Shown one piece after another: positions 62,842 through 64,000 of a stretch of DNA of 64,000 nt. Source of the DNA: an uncultured delta proteobacterium (GTDB lineage Bacteria > Myxococcota > UBA727 > VGSZ01). Where the stretch lies: the NCBI GenBank assembly GCA_963775425.1, contig CAVZJB010000007.1:256001-320000 (forward strand), in the 5' to 3' direction. Position numbers and translations under genes: made by a program. Every line of letters begins with the position of its first letter. Position 1 is the first letter of the stretch. A model generated the notes under the pieces. The model saw only the letters and a program-made list of their open reading frames with translations. It was not told the origin of the DNA and ran no database searches.

Positions 62842-63722
62842 TCCGCAACCACCGAGTAGCCGGCGAGCCCGACGCCAGCGAGGGCGACGACGCCGGCGAC
62901 GCAGGCGACGCCGATGACGACGGGGCCGTTGTCGAGCGCCGCTTGCTTGTCCTTGGCCGGCGTGTCCGGCCGGCCGAGGCCGTCGTCGAGCGCGAGCGCG
63001 TATGACGCCGCGCCGATGGACACGAGGGCGGCGGCGCCGCCTGCGATCGCGCCACCGAGGAACAGCGCCGACGGCCCGCGGTCAGGCTCCTCTGTGTGCG
63101 GGAGCGGCTCGCCGAACAGCGAAGCGAGGGCCGTGTCGAGCTCGGACGGCAGCTGCTCGGCGTCGCGCACCTCGATGCGCTGGCGCCCGGCGGCCTTCGC
63201 GGCGCGCGTGTCGAAGAGGCTCAGGGTGACGACCGTGAGCGTGCCGAGCCGCCCAAGGGTGCCGAACACGACCCAGCGCGCGCCCATCGCGCCCGCGACC
63301 TCGGCCAGGCACGACGAGGTTTCGCAGCCGGCCGCCGTCTTGTCCGCCTCGACCTCCACGAGCTGACGAACGTCGCCGGAGGAGACCACCTCGTACTTGC
63401 CGAGGCGCGCGACGGAGTCCGTGACGAGGCCGTTGATGAGCTTGGTCTGCACGGTGTCGGCGCTCGACACGTCGAGATCGAGCACGAGCACGCGCGGCTT
63501 CTCCGGCCGCGGCGGCGACGGCGACGCCGCGGGTGGCGCCGCCTCGGGGGGCGGCGAGGCCGGCGCCGCCTCGGGGGGCGGCGAGGCCGGCGCCGCCTCG
63601 GGGGGCGCGGCAGGAGCGGTCTCGGGAGGGGCGGGGGGCGTCGAAGGGGTGTCTGCTTGCGCGAACGCCGTGGAGGAAGCCAGCAGCACGACCGCCAGGA
63701 ATCTCATGCGAATCGTTCGCAC
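62838..63722 (-). CDS. Exported protein with Pro-rich repeats, CsgG/TolB-N-like domain and C-terminal hydrophobic helices
   Basis: Signal AFA|Q; PPEAAPAS repeats; GCETSSCLAEVAGAMGARWVVFGTLG; overlaps the start of the next gene. Confidence 0.8.
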   Translation of the reverse strand: MRTIRMRFLAVVLLASSTAFAQADTPSTPPAPPETAPAAPPEAAPASPPPEAAPASPPPEAAPPAASPSPPRPEKPRVLVLDLDVSSADTVQTKLINGLVTDSVARLGKYEVVSSGDVRQLVEVEADKTAAGCETSSCLAEVAGAMGARWVVFGTLGRLGTLTVVTLSLFDTRAAKAAGRQRIEVRDAEQLPSELDTALASLFGEPLPHTEEPDRGPSALFLGGAIAGGAAALVSIGAASYALALDDGLGRPDTPAKDKQAALDNGPVVIGVACVAGVVALAGVGLAGYSVVAE

Positions 63723-63818
63723 GCTCGGCGCATTGTCGCCAGCGAAAACGTCGACGTGGAACGGCGTTGACCCCGTGGTCGATGGGCGGCGCCCGACTCG
63801 CGCGAGAAGCGCGGCCGA

Positions 63819-64000
63819 TCAGGGCTCGGTCTCTTCGACGTCGGCGAGGAGCTGAGCCAGCGGCCACAGCGGCGTGCCGGCGGCGTCGACGCGGTAGACG
63901 CTCCAGTGGATGCCGTCGTCTTCGCCGCCGGGATCGTCGAGGACGCGGCAGGCGTCGACGACGGCGGTGCGCTGGGCGAAGCGAACGACGGCGTCGAGGT
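63819..64000 (-). CDS. 3' end of a hypothetical protein (partial)
   Basis: Open frame ...LDAVVRFAQR..HWSVYRVD..EETEP* entering from the window edge. Confidence 0.55.
   Translation of the reverse strand, partial: LDAVVRFAQRTAVVDACRVLDDPGGEDDGIHWSVYRVDAAGTPLWPLAQLLADVEETEP

Overview
High-GC, gene-dense bacterial chromosome segment, most consistent with an uncultured Myxococcota/deltaproteobacterium. The evidence is a MYXO-CTERM-like tag, a Hanks-type kinase, many lipoproteins and poly-(GE) tracts. It carries about 47 CDS and no rRNA, tRNA, CRISPR or transposase that I can recognise. Housekeeping genes include alr, a plsB-gpsA-App1-like-DUF309 lipid operon, crcB, rsmJ-like, an orphan Cys-free rpsR, a deoxyhypusine synthase-like gene, a DyP peroxidase, an acyl-CoA dehydrogenase, pilT, glgA, an RNA ligase, an MBOAT plus double-SGNH O-acetylation pair, cyaY, a PPi-type PFK, a CNNM/CorC protein, an OPT transporter and lon. 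The most unusual observations are: (1) a >1600-aa surface protein (1..4806, minus, absent from the ORF track) in which an internal MYXO-CTERM anchor is followed in frame by a second signal peptide and a second Ig/PKD module, i.e. a probable secreted polyprotein; (2) three tandem paralogous exported double-OB-fold-like proteins upstream of an OPT transporter; (3) poly-(Gly-Glu) tracts on three unrelated lipoproteins; (4) a ~460-bp nested inverted-repeat element after rpsR; (5) a GpsA with lost catalytic motifs and a GlgA with an altered KTGGL motif and long N-terminal extension; (6) GTAG-REP/BIME-like composite repeats. All calls come from reading motifs by eye; no database searches were run.
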